This document shows positions 1-10,889 of a stretch of DNA of 64,000 nt, piece by piece. The stretch is from an uncultured delta proteobacterium (GTDB taxonomy: Bacteria; Desulfobacterota; WTBG01; CAIYCZ01; CAIRTM01). Numbering within the stretch: the stretch's first letter is position 1; the number at the start of each line of letters is the position of its first letter. The notes under the pieces are model-generated. The model ran no database searches, was not told where the DNA came from, and saw only the letters and a list, made by a program, of their open reading frames with translations. The stretch is taken from assembly GCA_963804955.1 (NCBI GenBank), contig CAWDSQ010000022.1, positions 64,001 through 128,000 on the forward strand. Reading direction: 5' to 3'. The translations under genes were made by a program, and so were the position numbers.

Positions 1-927
1 AGCTTGACGCAAAAGAAGATCTTGTCGGCTACGGTGATGTTGCAGGCTACCCTTTCCCGCAGCCGAAAACCGGTATTGAAATGGCATGGAATTTTGATTC
101 CAATACCCGGGGTGACAGCAGCTACCTGTTTCATGGCGGGACAGTTGTTGACTGCAGAACCGGACATGAGCGTGAAGCAGGGCATTTGCGGTGGGAGCTT
201 TCCTGGCTGGGCCGCTACGACGTGCCGCCGATTCCTAAAATACCGAAACAGCGAAAATACGCGCGACATTGCCCGGTCATTTTTTCAGCGCCATACAGCG
301 CCTGCCGACTTTGTTGATACCACCATGCTTGAGATCAGATATAAGGATAACCGGGAAGAGGATCTCTGGGTGTATACGGCCATGTTCAGGCGCGTACGGC
401 GCTATGCCACCAGCCAGCGGACGGACACGATCGACGGCACGGACATGATCTATGACGATCAGGAAGGATGGTACACGCATCCTACCCGCAACACCTACAC
501 TGCCAAAGGCAGGGCCGATCTGCTGGTGGGCAGGCATCAGGACCCGAAAAACGTGCAGCGCGAGCACGGCCAGGGATTCTGGAACGGCTTTCAGAGAGAG
601 CGGGTCAACCACTGGGTTGTTGAGGTAATCAATAAGGACCCGAGCTACATTTACAGCAAGCAGCTATGGTATCTGGATCCCGAGACATGGCAGATGAATT
701 TCAAGGTGGTCTACAATCGTCAGGGCGAGCTCTGGAAGATGTATGAAATAACCTATAACGAAGCTCCCTCATATGGCGGGGGCAAAACATCAATGCCCAG
801 TTCCGAGCATATTGTCGATTTTATCCGCCGCCATGGCAGCCCCGGCAACCGGGAGATAAAGGGTGTGGGCATCACTATTCCCCTGAAGCAGTTTACGACC
901 AGAGCGCTGCAGGAAAAGTCGTATTAA
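1..927 (+). CDS. DUF1329-family periplasmic/outer-membrane lipoprotein-sorting-like protein, 5'-truncated by the window edge, with an indel near 250
   Basis: ORF 81..317 (MAWNFDSNTRGD...) joins ORF 4..927. The latter has DUF1329-like motifs LWVYTAMFRRVRR, QRTDTIDGTDMIYDD, YSKQLWYLDPETW and YNRQGELWK. It lies upstream of a YCF48-like gene, the usual context. Confidence 0.75.
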   Translation, partial: SLTQKKILSATVMLQATLSRSRKPVLKWHGILIPIPGVTAATCFMAGQLLTAEPDMSVKQGICGGSFPGWAATTCRRFLKYRNSENTRDIARSFFQRHTAPADFVDTTMLEIRYKDNREEDLWVYTAMFRRVRRYATSQRTDTIDGTDMIYDDQEGWYTHPTRNTYTAKGRADLLVGRHQDPKNVQREHGQGFWNGFQRERVNHWVVEVINKDPSYIYSKQLWYLDPETWQMNFKVVYNRQGELWKMYEITYNEAPSYGGGKTSMPSSEHIVDFIRRHGSPGNREIKGVGITIPLKQFTTRALQEKSY

Positions 928-1003
928 GAGAGCGATGTTTGCAATCTAAATGACGCATAGAAAGTACCACTTACGACGTATGATGAGACCATGGTGAGAG
1001 CTA

Positions 1004-2062
1004 ATGGGCAAAAAAATAAAAGTTGAAAGTGTCTTTTTGCTGGCGCTGCTTGTGCTGGTGCCGTGCTGCAGCAAGTTTGACCGCTCGAAGATCAAGATGC
1101 CGAAGTTCAGCTTTGTTACTTCGGAAAATGTGCACAGCATCGCATACCTTGATGCGCAGCATGCCTGGATAAGCGGCAACTACGGGACAATCTGTTTCAG
1201 CTCCGACGGCGGCAAAACCTGGGAAAAGCAGGAAAGCGGCCTTAAGGATGTGCTGCTGGGCAGCATCCGGTTTGTCAATCAGCGGGAAGGATGGGCTGCG
1301 GGAGTAGGCGGGACGATAATTCATACAACTGACGGGGGCAAAACCTGGAAGCCGCAGAAAAGCGGGACAGATAAAGACCTGCTTGACCTTTTCTTCCTTG
1401 ACAGCCGCAACGGATGGGCTGTCGGAGAGTTCGGCACGGTTATTCACACGGACAATGGCGGCAGGACCTGGTCTGTGCAGCATGAGCCGGAGGATAAGAT
1501 TTATAATAATGTTTTTTTTACTGACAACAGCACGGGATGGATTGTGGGAGAGTTCGGTACGATTCTTCGCACCGAGGACGGCGGGGCGACCTGGCAGCCT
1601 CAGGAATGCAGGGATCTGGCGCCGGCTGCAAGCGAAACAGACTGGGAAAAGCCCCTGCCCGCGCTGTACGGGATTTATTTTGAGAACAAGGACCGGGGTT
1701 GGATAGTCGGGATGGACGGTGTGATACTGAAAACGGCCGATGCTGGAAACACCTGGAGCAAGGTTGTGTCAGGCACGGATAAGCCCCTGTATTCGCTTGT
1801 GGTCAGAGGATCACAAGGATGGGCGATTGGCAATAAAGGGGTTTATTTAATGAGCAGCGATGGCGGGACCACCTGGCAGGTTAAAGAAGATGCCATAAAA
1901 ACAAAGTTCTGGCTCAGGAAAGTAGCCTTCTGCGATGAGCTGCATGGCCTTGTTGTCGGAGCGCGGGGCACCATCGTCCTGTCCGATGACGGCGGCGCGC
2001 ACTGGAATATTATCTCGGGCTTTACCTATGATATGCCGGAATTCGGACTGGCGGATTTTTAG
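1004..2062 (+). CDS. YCF48-like BNR/Asp-box beta-propeller exported protein
   Basis: Signal/lipoprotein-like N-terminus; about 7 repeats of GW(A/I)VG..GTI..TxDGGxTW. Confidence 0.85.
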   Translation: MGKKIKVESVFLLALLVLVPCCSKFDRSKIKMPKFSFVTSENVHSIAYLDAQHAWISGNYGTICFSSDGGKTWEKQESGLKDVLLGSIRFVNQREGWAAGVGGTIIHTTDGGKTWKPQKSGTDKDLLDLFFLDSRNGWAVGEFGTVIHTDNGGRTWSVQHEPEDKIYNNVFFTDNSTGWIVGEFGTILRTEDGGATWQPQECRDLAPAASETDWEKPLPALYGIYFENKDRGWIVGMDGVILKTADAGNTWSKVVSGTDKPLYSLVVRGSQGWAIGNKGVYLMSSDGGTTWQVKEDAIKTKFWLRKVAFCDELHGLVVGARGTIVLSDDGGAHWNIISGFTYDMPEFGLADF

Positions 2063-2073
2063 ACGGAGAAAGC

Positions 2074-2733
2074 ATGAAAAAAGCAGCTAAAAGTACGATG
2101 CACATAGCAGTTCATGCATTGGCAGCGAGCATCTTCATTTTTCTTCTGTACATGGTGACAGGCGCGGCCGCAGAGACGGTTATAACCGATGCGTCAATTC
2201 AGGGCCAGAAACCGCTTCTTGTCTATTTTTCACGGGGCGGCAATACCAGAATCGTCGCACGCGAGCTTGCCGCAGACCTTGGCGCCGACAGCGCTGAGAT
2301 AAAGTCAAAGCTGAACCGGCAGGAATTCAGCGGGATCATAACCTGCCTGCTCGACCAGCTGCTTGACCGGGACGACGATCCTGAGGCGATACCTGTTGAC
2401 ATAGCCTCCCATAACCCGGTGATTATTGCGTCGCCCACATGGCTTAAGACGCTTTCCTCTCCTGCCCGGACATTCATACAGCAGCATGATTTCAAGGGCA
2501 AGGATGTCTATATTGTGCTGACCTATAACGGCAAGGCCAGGGATGATATTGACGCGAAGCTCAAGGAAATAATTGCCCCCCGGGGCGGAACCTTTGGCGG
2601 ATTGTTTACGCTGATAGCAAAGGGCAAGGATGAGCAGGGGCTGCGGGATGAAGCAAAAAAGCTTGCTGAAAAAATGCGGCCCCGTCTCGCGGCAAAAAAA
2701 TCCGGCATCGTTTCACATACCCCTGTTAGATAA
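2074..2733 (+). CDS. Exported flavodoxin-like protein
   Basis: Hydrophobic N-terminus ending AAA; FMN loop VYFSRGGNT; IIASPTW motif. Confidence 0.75.
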   Translation: MKKAAKSTMHIAVHALAASIFIFLLYMVTGAAAETVITDASIQGQKPLLVYFSRGGNTRIVARELAADLGADSAEIKSKLNRQEFSGIITCLLDQLLDRDDDPEAIPVDIASHNPVIIASPTWLKTLSSPARTFIQQHDFKGKDVYIVLTYNGKARDDIDAKLKEIIAPRGGTFGGLFTLIAKGKDEQGLRDEAKKLAEKMRPRLAAKKSGIVSHTPVR

Positions 2734-2797
2734 AAAAACCTGACAGTGAACATACACAGGTCAGCTTTTAAAAATCTATAATATACGAAAGTACACT

Positions 2798-4123
2798 ATG
2801 GCCCAAAAATTTGATCTTGTTGTCGTCGGCGGTGGGACTTCCGGTCTTGAGGCTGCAAAAACCGCGGCGGAAAACGGTTTACGTGTGGCGCTTCTTGAGC
2901 GCAAGACTCATCCTGCCAAGATTCAGCGGTCATGCGCCCAGATGTTTCTGCTGAACATGGACTCCTTCTACGAAGAGCACATGTATTTTTCAAAAGAAAA
3001 GAAAAAATGGGTATTCCCGGTCAATAACTTTTCCGTCAACTACAGCGGCAACTACCGCGAGTTTTATGCCTGCCACTTCATTTCCCCCAATGCCACGGAC
3101 CGCATTGAGCTTGGAGATTACGAGCTGAATGCATCAGGCAGCGGTACTCCTGCAGTTGTATTTGATAAAGAAGCGCTTCTTGACGGACTTTTTGAAGAGG
3201 GGCAAAAGGCCGGCGTGCACTATTTTCTTGAAAGAAATGTTACCTATGTAAGCCAGGTATCCGGCGGGGTGCAGATTAAGACCGCAGAAGGCGATGTGCT
3301 TGAAGGCGCTTTTTGTATTGCAGCAGACGGCATCAATTCACGTTTGGCAAAAATAACCGGCCTGAACAAGGAGCGTCTTTTTATTAATACGAGAAAATCC
3401 ATCAGCCATTATGTCACGGGCGTCGAGTTCGAGCGCTCCGAGGCGATTTTTCTTGGCATAAGCTGGGACAAAGAAAAGCTCGGGCCCGTGCCGTTCTGCC
3501 TGCTGCCCAGTGTGTACCGTGATGATGAGTACTGGTTTTTCGTGAGCGGCGACGAGCAGTTTGAGTTTCTGACCAAACGAAGCAATTTTAAAAGGTGGTT
3601 CCCGAGGCTTGAGATCACCCATACCCGCGCAAACGTTGTCAATAACTGGAGCCCGGCGCGGGAGCCGTTTAAGGACAATGTTCTGTTTGTCGGCGACAGC
3701 TGCTGGTTTTCAGAAGCGGAAAACTCGGGCGCTCTGCTTTCAGGCCATAAGGCCGCACATGCCGTATGCGAAGCGCTGCATCGGGGCATGCCCAACAGGG
3801 ATGGCATCATGAACTACATCAGCTGGTGGCAGCAGAACTGGCTTGCAACCCACGATTACCGCGATTTCCTCTGCTATCCGCTTTTTAACCGGATGTTTAC
3901 TGAAGATGAGTATAACTACCTTCACAATATTGTTACTCAAAAGCTCCCCTGGACAATTAATCCGTTCAAGCTGTACAGCAGGCTCATGACAGGCCTGCAG
4001 CCCCACCTTGAGCGTGTAAAACAGGAGCGGCCGCAGCTTGCGCAGAAGATTGCCATGTTCCGGCCGGAGCAGGTCCTGCAACTCATAAAACCGGCAGCAC
4101 GGATGGGGTTTCCGAATGTGTAG
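2798..4123 (+). CDS. FAD-dependent oxidoreductase, geranylgeranyl reductase/FixC-like (paralog 1)
   Basis: DLVVVGGGTSG Rossmann motif, ERK..RSC, IAADGINS, VGDS motif; intact 441 aa. Confidence 0.85.
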   Translation: MAQKFDLVVVGGGTSGLEAAKTAAENGLRVALLERKTHPAKIQRSCAQMFLLNMDSFYEEHMYFSKEKKKWVFPVNNFSVNYSGNYREFYACHFISPNATDRIELGDYELNASGSGTPAVVFDKEALLDGLFEEGQKAGVHYFLERNVTYVSQVSGGVQIKTAEGDVLEGAFCIAADGINSRLAKITGLNKERLFINTRKSISHYVTGVEFERSEAIFLGISWDKEKLGPVPFCLLPSVYRDDEYWFFVSGDEQFEFLTKRSNFKRWFPRLEITHTRANVVNNWSPAREPFKDNVLFVGDSCWFSEAENSGALLSGHKAAHAVCEALHRGMPNRDGIMNYISWWQQNWLATHDYRDFLCYPLFNRMFTEDEYNYLHNIVTQKLPWTINPFKLYSRLMTGLQPHLERVKQERPQLAQKIAMFRPEQVLQLIKPAARMGFPNV

Positions 4124-4212
4124 AACAGGTGCAGGCTTATAGGTGGCGACAGGTCGGTCGTTCGAACAACTGTATAAAACACGTATGCAATTGTTTTAAA
4201 GACTGAGAATCA

Positions 4213-5543
4213 ATGGCAACAAGCTATGATCTCATCGTTGTCGGTGGCGGGACTTCCGGCCTTGAAGCAGCAAAAACTGCGGCGGAAAACGGGCTGCGCG
4301 TTGCTTTGCTTGAGCGCAAAAGCCAATCCTGCAAACGTGCAGCGTGCCTGCGCCCAGATGTTTCTGATGAACATGGACTCTTTTTATAATGAGCGGATGT
4401 ATTTTTCTGAAACCACGAAGAAATGGGTGTTTCCGGTAAATAATTTTTCCGTGAACTATGCAGGAAACTACCGCAAGTTTTACGGCTGCCACTTTATCGC
4501 GCCCAATGCCCGGGACAGAATCGAGATCGGCGACTATGAAGCAAATGAATCAGAACAGGGCGTTGCAGCGGTTGTTTTCGACAAAAACGCTTTGCTTGAA
4601 GGCCTGTTTGAGGAAGGCAAGAAGGCGGGAGTCGACTATTACCTCGAGCGCAATGTGACATCCGCCGGCAGGGTCGCCGGCGGCGTGCAGGTAGAGACCG
4701 CCGAAGGAGACAGGCTTACCGGTACATTCTGCATTGCCGCAGACGGCATCAACTCGCGGCTTGCGCGGCATAAGCGGACTTAACCGGCAGCGGACATTTC
4801 TTTTTACCGCCGGGTCGGTCAGCTATTATGTCACGGGCGTGCAGTTTGACCGGTCTGAAATGATCTGCATGGGAAATGCCTATGACCATAAGGGCGGCCT
4901 GGGCCCGGTGCATTTCTGCATGCTCCCGAGCGTGTACCGTGAGGACGAATACTGGCTGTATGTCAACGGCGATGAGCGGCTTGACTTTTTTACCAACAAA
5001 AGCACCTTCAGCCCATGGTTTAAAAAAACCGAGATTACCCATAAGCGATGCGCGGTGATCAATGGATGGAGCCCTCCTCCTGAACCCTTTCTGGACAATA
5101 TAGTTTTTGTGGGTGACAGCTGCTGGTTTGCCGAAGCGGAAAATACGGGCGCGCTTCTCTCGGGACATAAAGCGGCCAATGCCGTGTGTGAAGCCCTGCA
5201 CCGGGGGGAGCCCAACAGGCAGGGGGTTTTGAGCTACATTTCATGGTGGAAGAAAAACTGGCCTGAAACACATGATTACAAGGATTTTCTCTGCTATGCC
5301 GTTTTTTTCAGGATTTTCACGGAAGATGAGCTGAATTATCTTCACAGGGTTATAACCAAGAAGCTTGTCTGGTCTATGAATCCGTTTAATCTTTACGGCC
5401 ATATTATGCGGGGGATGCAGCCCTATATTGAAAAAGTCAGGCGTGAACGTCCTGAACTTGCCCGTAAGCTGGAAAATTTCACCCCGAATCAGGCTGTTTC
5501 CATGATGAAGCCGGCAACACGTATAGGTTTTCCGGCGTATTGA
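4213..5543 (+). CDS. GGR/FixC-like FAD oxidoreductase (paralog 2), indels near 4320 and 4770
   Basis: ATG 4213 gives MATSYDLIVVGGGTSGLEAAKTAAENG. It continues in ORFs 4226..4783 and 4734..5543 and is highly similar to paralog 1. Confidence 0.85.
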
Positions 5544-5559
5544 AATGACTCAAGAATTT

Positions 5560-5579
5560 TAAAACTCATATGAGTTTTA
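5560..5579. promoter_or_regulatory. Perfect 20-bp palindrome, probable MarR operator
   Basis: TAAAACTCATATGAGTTTTA, 21 bp upstream of the MarR start codon. Confidence 0.55.
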
Positions 5580-5600
5580 TAATCATCAATTCCAGATACT

Positions 5601-6056
5601 ATGGAAGAAAAACTGCTTGAATATATGACCGTGCTGCGTGATTTCGGGCGTATTTACACGCAGCAAATTATCAACGGCAACCCGAAGCTGAAAACCGACC
5701 TTCGGCTGTCTCAGATAAAGACCCTCTCTGTGTTCAGGGACAGAGACCGCCTGTCAATGAAAGAACTTGCTGAAATTATGGGCGTCAAGCTTCCCAATAT
5801 GACCATGATGATAGACTGCCTGGCGAAGGAAGGTGTCGTGGAGAGGGAGCGGGACGCCGAGGACAGAAGAAAAGTGTATGTTCGCCTCACACCGAAAGGG
5901 AAGAAAATAAGAAAAGATTTTTTAATGCATCGGCACAAAATTGCACGGGCAGTTTTCAAACAGGTGAATGCAGCAGACAAGTCAGAGTTGTTGAGCTCTC
6001 TTGGCAGTGTGTGCAGGATTCTTGAAAGGGCATTTGGAGAAAACGGCATTGCGTAG
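5601..6056 (+). CDS. MarR family transcriptional regulator
   Basis: wHTH LSMKELAEIMGVKLPNMT and the wing motif DRRKVYVRLTPKG. Confidence 0.92.
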   Translation: MEEKLLEYMTVLRDFGRIYTQQIINGNPKLKTDLRLSQIKTLSVFRDRDRLSMKELAEIMGVKLPNMTMMIDCLAKEGVVERERDAEDRRKVYVRLTPKGKKIRKDFLMHRHKIARAVFKQVNAADKSELLSSLGSVCRILERAFGENGIA

Positions 6057-6140
6057 GAATTCCATAGGCCGGGTACGGTATCATGAATGCTATAGGGCGG
6101 TTTCATGGCACAGGTAAAAATCGGAGACAGGAGAAACACC

Positions 6141-7495
6141 ATGTCAAGCAAATATGATCTCGTTATAGTCGGCGCCGGACCCGCAGGGCTCATGGCTGCA
6201 AAGGTGGCGGGAGAAAGTGGATTCACCGTTGCCCTTCTTGATCGTAAGGACAGATATTACCGAAATTCAGCGCTGCTGCGCCACGATGTTTGCCATTGAG
6301 GATGAATACTATTTCGGCGAGCGCATGTACTTTAATGAAGACAAGCGCCGTCTTGTTTTTCCGGTAACGGGATTTACCGTTCCGTATGACGGCCCGTACA
6401 AGAATTTTTATGCATGGCATCTCTATACCTCTGATGCGCAGCATGTCATAAAGCTCGGAAGCTACGAAAACAATGTTGCAAAGGGCAGCAAAGGCAGGCT
6501 TTCTGTAACTTACAGCAAGTCCCATCTTCTCAAAACCCTTCTTGACGATGCGAAGAAAGCCGGCGTGCAGGTTTTTACCGGCGCCAATGTAATCGGCTTC
6601 AAGCGCCAGAAGGATGTCAACACGGTTAGAACCGCTGAGGGTCGAGTTTTTGACAGCACCTTCACCATAGCCGCGGACGGAATCAACTCCCGGCTTATGA
6701 AGCTGCTTAATCTTAACAGAGACCGCATATTCTACGGGACCCTCCAGGGCGTGAGCTACTATATGACCGGTTTGGATTTGCCTAGTCCTGATGCGATCAA
6801 CTACCCCATGCTTTTTCATGAAAAAACTCAGTATCCGATCATGATCTGGATTGAGCCAAGCCCGTTTGCGGAAGATGAATTCTGGATATATGCCGGCGGC
6901 CCTTCGCATCCCGACATAGATTATAAAAAGGAGCTTGACAGATTTATTGTCGACAGCCCGTTTTCAAAATGGTTCCCCAAACCGGTGATCAGCAAGAAGC
7001 AGGCACATGTGGCGAATATCTGGTCGCCGGCGCCGACGGTGTTTAAAGATAATGTTCTTGTTACGGGTGACGCGGGCTGGACGGTGGAAGCCGAGTGCAC
7101 CGGCTCCATGATGTGCGGGGTGAAGGCTGCCAATGCAATCGTCGAAGCCCTGCGGGAAGGCAAGCCGAATGGTGAGGGCGTGGCAAATTATACTGCATGG
7201 TGGCGGCAGCACTTTGCAGACTCTCAGGATCATACCGAATTTTTCCAAATATTAAGCTCGGCCCTTGTCGGTGAGGAGCGGGCAAACTATCTTAATAAGC
7301 TTGTCTGTGAGACGCTTCCCTGCTCACTGAATCCGTATAACCTTTTAAAGAACGTCAATGCCCATATTATGGGGAAGGTCGGGACAATCCAGCAGGAACG
7401 GCCTGATATTCTCAGCAAAGCTGCAGGCCATGGCGATGGTGCCTGTAAAAAATCAGATGAAAAGTTTTATTCGATCGGGTTTTCCAAATTATTAG
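6141..7495 (+). CDS. GGR/FixC-like FAD oxidoreductase (paralog 3), indels near 6250 and 7420
   Basis: MSSKYDLVIVGAGPAG after an AGGAG RBS; IAADGINS; TGDAGW. The corrected C-terminus ...IRSGFPNY* matches paralogs 1 and 2. Confidence 0.85.
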
Positions 7496-7576
7496 GATTC
7501 ATTGAACAGGCATAAAATAGCGGCGCGGCGAATCATTCAAGCTCTGCAGGGCAGAATTTAACGATAGGCACGATGC

Positions 7577-8932
7577 ATGTCAAAAAATTATGATATTCTC
7601 ATTGTCGGTGCCGGGCCTTCCGGCCTGCTTGCAGCAAAGGCTGCCGGGCTTGCAGGGTTTCGGGTTGCCCTCATTGAGAGAAAAACAGATGTTTGCCGCC
7701 TTGACCGCATGTGCGGCCAGACCCTGGTATCGGCTAATGACTACTATTTTGATGACCTTGTTAACTATAATCGACAGGGCAAAAGCATAGGCTTTCTCAA
7801 AAACGGTTTTTCATTCAGCTATGACGGGCCGGTAAAAAATCTGAACGGATGGAATGTCTATTCTCCAAACGGTAACTGCATGCCGTTCGGCAACCCGGCT
7901 GAGACAAGAAAAAAGGGTGACTGGGGCTCCGTCGGCTTAGCCTATGATAAAGAGATACTGTTTAAGTGCCTGCTCAGCGAAGTCAGGGATGCGGGTGTCG
8001 AAGTCATTACCGGCATAGATATTACCGCTGTAGAAACCATGCAGGCAGGCGTCAGGGTGAGCGGCAACGGGCAAACCTTTGAAGGATCATATCTCATTGC
8101 CGCTGACGGCACCAATTCACGTATTGCTAAGCTTCTGGGCTTTAATGAAGGAAGAAGGTTCTACAGCTATCTTCTCGCCATGGGATGGCGCATGCGGGGC
8201 TTAAAGCTTCCGGAGCAGGATATTCTTATCTCCGGCATAACCTATAAAACCGCTGCCCCGGGCTCCATGTTCATATTTCCCCGACCCTATGAAAATGAGC
8301 ATATGGTTGTATTTTTGGCCCTTGAGCCGACGGTTGATCTTGCTGATGTGTCTCGGGCGTTTATGCAGGAAAGCGCTTTCTTTGCGCCATGGTTTAAGGG
8401 AGCGGAGCAGATCAAGCAACTGGCCTCAGCCCAGTATATGTACGAGCCGGTTCTGGAGCCATATAGAAACCGTGTGCTTCTTGCCGGTGATACAGGCGCC
8501 TGCCAGGAGCTTGAAAACACCGGGGCCATGATCAGCGGCTGGAAGGCGGGAAATGCCGTAGCCGCCGCCCTGAAAGAGGATAAAATGGGAATTGGGTCCC
8601 GGGCTATTGCCGAGTATGTGCAGTGGTGGAAGGCAACCTATATTGAAAAATGCTCTCATGATGCGTATCTCATGAACTTTGCGCTGCCGTATGTTCTGGA
8701 TACCGAAGATGATCTGAATTACCTGTTCAGCCTGATGGGTGAGCCGCTTGCTCCCTGCTGGAATCCATACGCGGCAATTGCCCATATCGGGCAGCTCATG
8801 CAGACGCTGGCGCCGCGCATACAGAAGGAACGGCCCGACATTATGATGAAGCTTGCGAAAATGTCCCGTCCGATGACGGAAGTGCTTGGTGCGGCAACAA
8901 AGGCATGTCAGCCACTCGTGGAATTAAAATAA
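7577..8932 (+). CDS. GGR/FixC-like FAD oxidoreductase (paralog 4)
   Basis: YDILIVGAGPSG, IAADGTNS, LAGDTG; intact 451 aa. Confidence 0.87.
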   Translation: MSKNYDILIVGAGPSGLLAAKAAGLAGFRVALIERKTDVCRLDRMCGQTLVSANDYYFDDLVNYNRQGKSIGFLKNGFSFSYDGPVKNLNGWNVYSPNGNCMPFGNPAETRKKGDWGSVGLAYDKEILFKCLLSEVRDAGVEVITGIDITAVETMQAGVRVSGNGQTFEGSYLIAADGTNSRIAKLLGFNEGRRFYSYLLAMGWRMRGLKLPEQDILISGITYKTAAPGSMFIFPRPYENEHMVVFLALEPTVDLADVSRAFMQESAFFAPWFKGAEQIKQLASAQYMYEPVLEPYRNRVLLAGDTGACQELENTGAMISGWKAGNAVAAALKEDKMGIGSRAIAEYVQWWKATYIEKCSHDAYLMNFALPYVLDTEDDLNYLFSLMGEPLAPCWNPYAAIAHIGQLMQTLAPRIQKERPDIMMKLAKMSRPMTEVLGAATKACQPLVELK

Positions 8933-9002
8933 AAACACGGAGTGCTGAACAAATTCAGTCTGCATGGATCACTACGCAGAGCTCATGTTAAGGAGATGTA
9001 CT

Positions 9003-10326
9003 ATGAAAGAACGATATGATGTCACTGTTGTCGGCGCCGGGCCCGCCGGGCTGCTTGCTGCCAAGGCTCTTGCTCAGAATGGGTTTGACGTTGCCGTGCT
9101 TGAAAGAAAGACAGATCCGTCTGCTATAACGCGGGCATGCGGGCAGTCTTTGCTGCCGCCGAATGAATATTTTTTTGGCGACATCTTTCATTATAATGCA
9201 AAGGATAAGCGGTTCTGCTTTTCCGCCAGCGGCCTGTCATTTCCCTATACCGGCCAGGTAAAGAATCTGTACAACTGGCACATGTTTTCTCCGGGAATGA
9301 ACAAGATGCAGTTCGGCTATGGTGATGAAAAACAGACAGCTCCTATTGCCGTGTCCTATGACAAGGAAATTTTAATCAAAGATCTCCTGCGGGACCTGGC
9401 GTGCGACCATGTTGATGTGTTTGCCGGGACTGAATATACGGACATGCAGTTCGGGCCGGGCACGATTGTTGTCCAGGCAGGCGAAAAAGCCTTTCAAAGC
9501 TCGTTCGTGATTGCAGCAGACGGGACAAATTCACGGGTTGTGCAAAAGCTCGGCTACAACAGCAACCGGCGGCATATTGCAAACCTGTACGTTCAGTCCT
9601 GCTTTATTAAGGGATTTAAGCCGCCGCATGACAATGCAATTATTACGGCAGTAACCTTTATCGATGACAAGCCCGTGTATCTGTTCCTTTTACCCCGGCC
9701 CGACGGTGATGAGTGGAATTTTATTATTCTTACGCTCGAAGGCTCCGTCGATTTGGCTGCCGCCTATGACCGGATAACCAAAGATTCGCGCTATGCCGCA
9801 TGGTTTAAGGGAACAAAAAAGACGCAAGAGTTTGCCGCCATTGAGGCTATCTATTCTCCGATCCAGAGGCCGTTCAGGAATAATGTGCTTATTTTGGGCG
9901 ATGCGGGAGCATGCCAGGAGCTTGAGTGTCTGGGCGCAATGATTACCGGCTGGAGGGGCGGCCTTGCCATTGCCAGTGCTTTAAAGGAACAGGAGCTTGG
10001 CATTATGCCGCGGGCCATTGCCCAGTATGAGGACTGGTGGCTGAATACCTATATAAAGCAGTATGACTATCAGGATTATTTATCAATTTTCGGCATTGCC
10101 TATATGTTTTCGAAACCCGAGGTGATTGATTATATTTTCGGACTCATGGGTGCTGAGTGCTTTCCCTGCAACATTTAATCCCTACAGGGCCGTGGGATTG
10201 CTTGGCGGAAGGCTGCAATCGCTTATGCCCACAATCATGCAGGAGCGGCCCGATGTTCTTCAGCTGCTTGCAGGAACCATGTGTATGTTTCCATCTGATG
10301 TTATGGGCCAGACTCTTAAAAAATAA
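9003..10326 (+). CDS. GGR/FixC-like FAD oxidoreductase (paralog 5), indel near 10165
   Basis: MKERYDVTVVGAGPAG after an AGGAG RBS; the C-terminus FNPY...QERPD is in ORF 10126..10326. Confidence 0.85.
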
Positions 10327-10360
10327 ATATTTGTTCACGGTTTTGTTTCAGGAGGCATGT

Positions 10361-10828
10361 ATGAAAAAAGAGCGGAGGGGACAAGACTGGGATGCACTGG
10401 GGAATCGCATTTTTCAGGCGTACAACGAAATTTCGAAAACCATAAATCCCAGTCAGCTTATCAAGGTTGATCTGACCAGCTCGCAGATAAAAGTGATCGT
10501 CAGTTTTTTTCATAAAAAAACCTTTACCATGGCTGAACTGAGCAAGACGCACGGAGTTTCCTTCTCAACAATGACGAGCATGGTTGACCGGCTGCTTCAG
10601 AACGGTTTGCTTGAACGGCAGCGGGATGAGGTAGACCGGCGAATAGTGCTCGTGACACTGAGCGCCAAGGGCAAAAAGATGGTCGATTACCTGATGAAGG
10701 CGCGCAGGCAGAATCTTGAAAAGTTTCTATGTGAGTTGACCCAGGATGAAGTTCGGGAGTTTGTGAAATCCATTGAAAATGTAGCCCGGCATCTGTCAAG
10801 GGCAAAGGGAAATATGCTGCAAAAATAA
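10361..10828 (+). CDS. MarR family transcriptional regulator
   Basis: GGAGG RBS; TMAELSKTHGVSFSTMTSMVDRL, DRRIVLVTLSAKG. Confidence 0.92.
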   Translation: MKKERRGQDWDALGNRIFQAYNEISKTINPSQLIKVDLTSSQIKVIVSFFHKKTFTMAELSKTHGVSFSTMTSMVDRLLQNGLLERQRDEVDRRIVLVTLSAKGKKMVDYLMKARRQNLEKFLCELTQDEVREFVKSIENVARHLSRAKGNMLQK

Positions 10829-10836
10829 TTTTATTG

Positions 10837-10859
10837 AAATTTATACTTTTTATAAATTT
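10837..10859. promoter_or_regulatory. AT-rich inverted repeat, candidate operator
   Basis: AAATTTATA-ctttt-TATAAATTT between marR2 and the next gene. Confidence 0.35.
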
Positions 10860-10889
10860 TACCCTGATTCAAGAAAGGAGATCTATGCA

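Noticed and set aside
1004..2062. YCF48 as evidence of photosynthesis
   Set aside because: It is a generic BNR propeller in DUF1329 context, and no photosystem genes are present.
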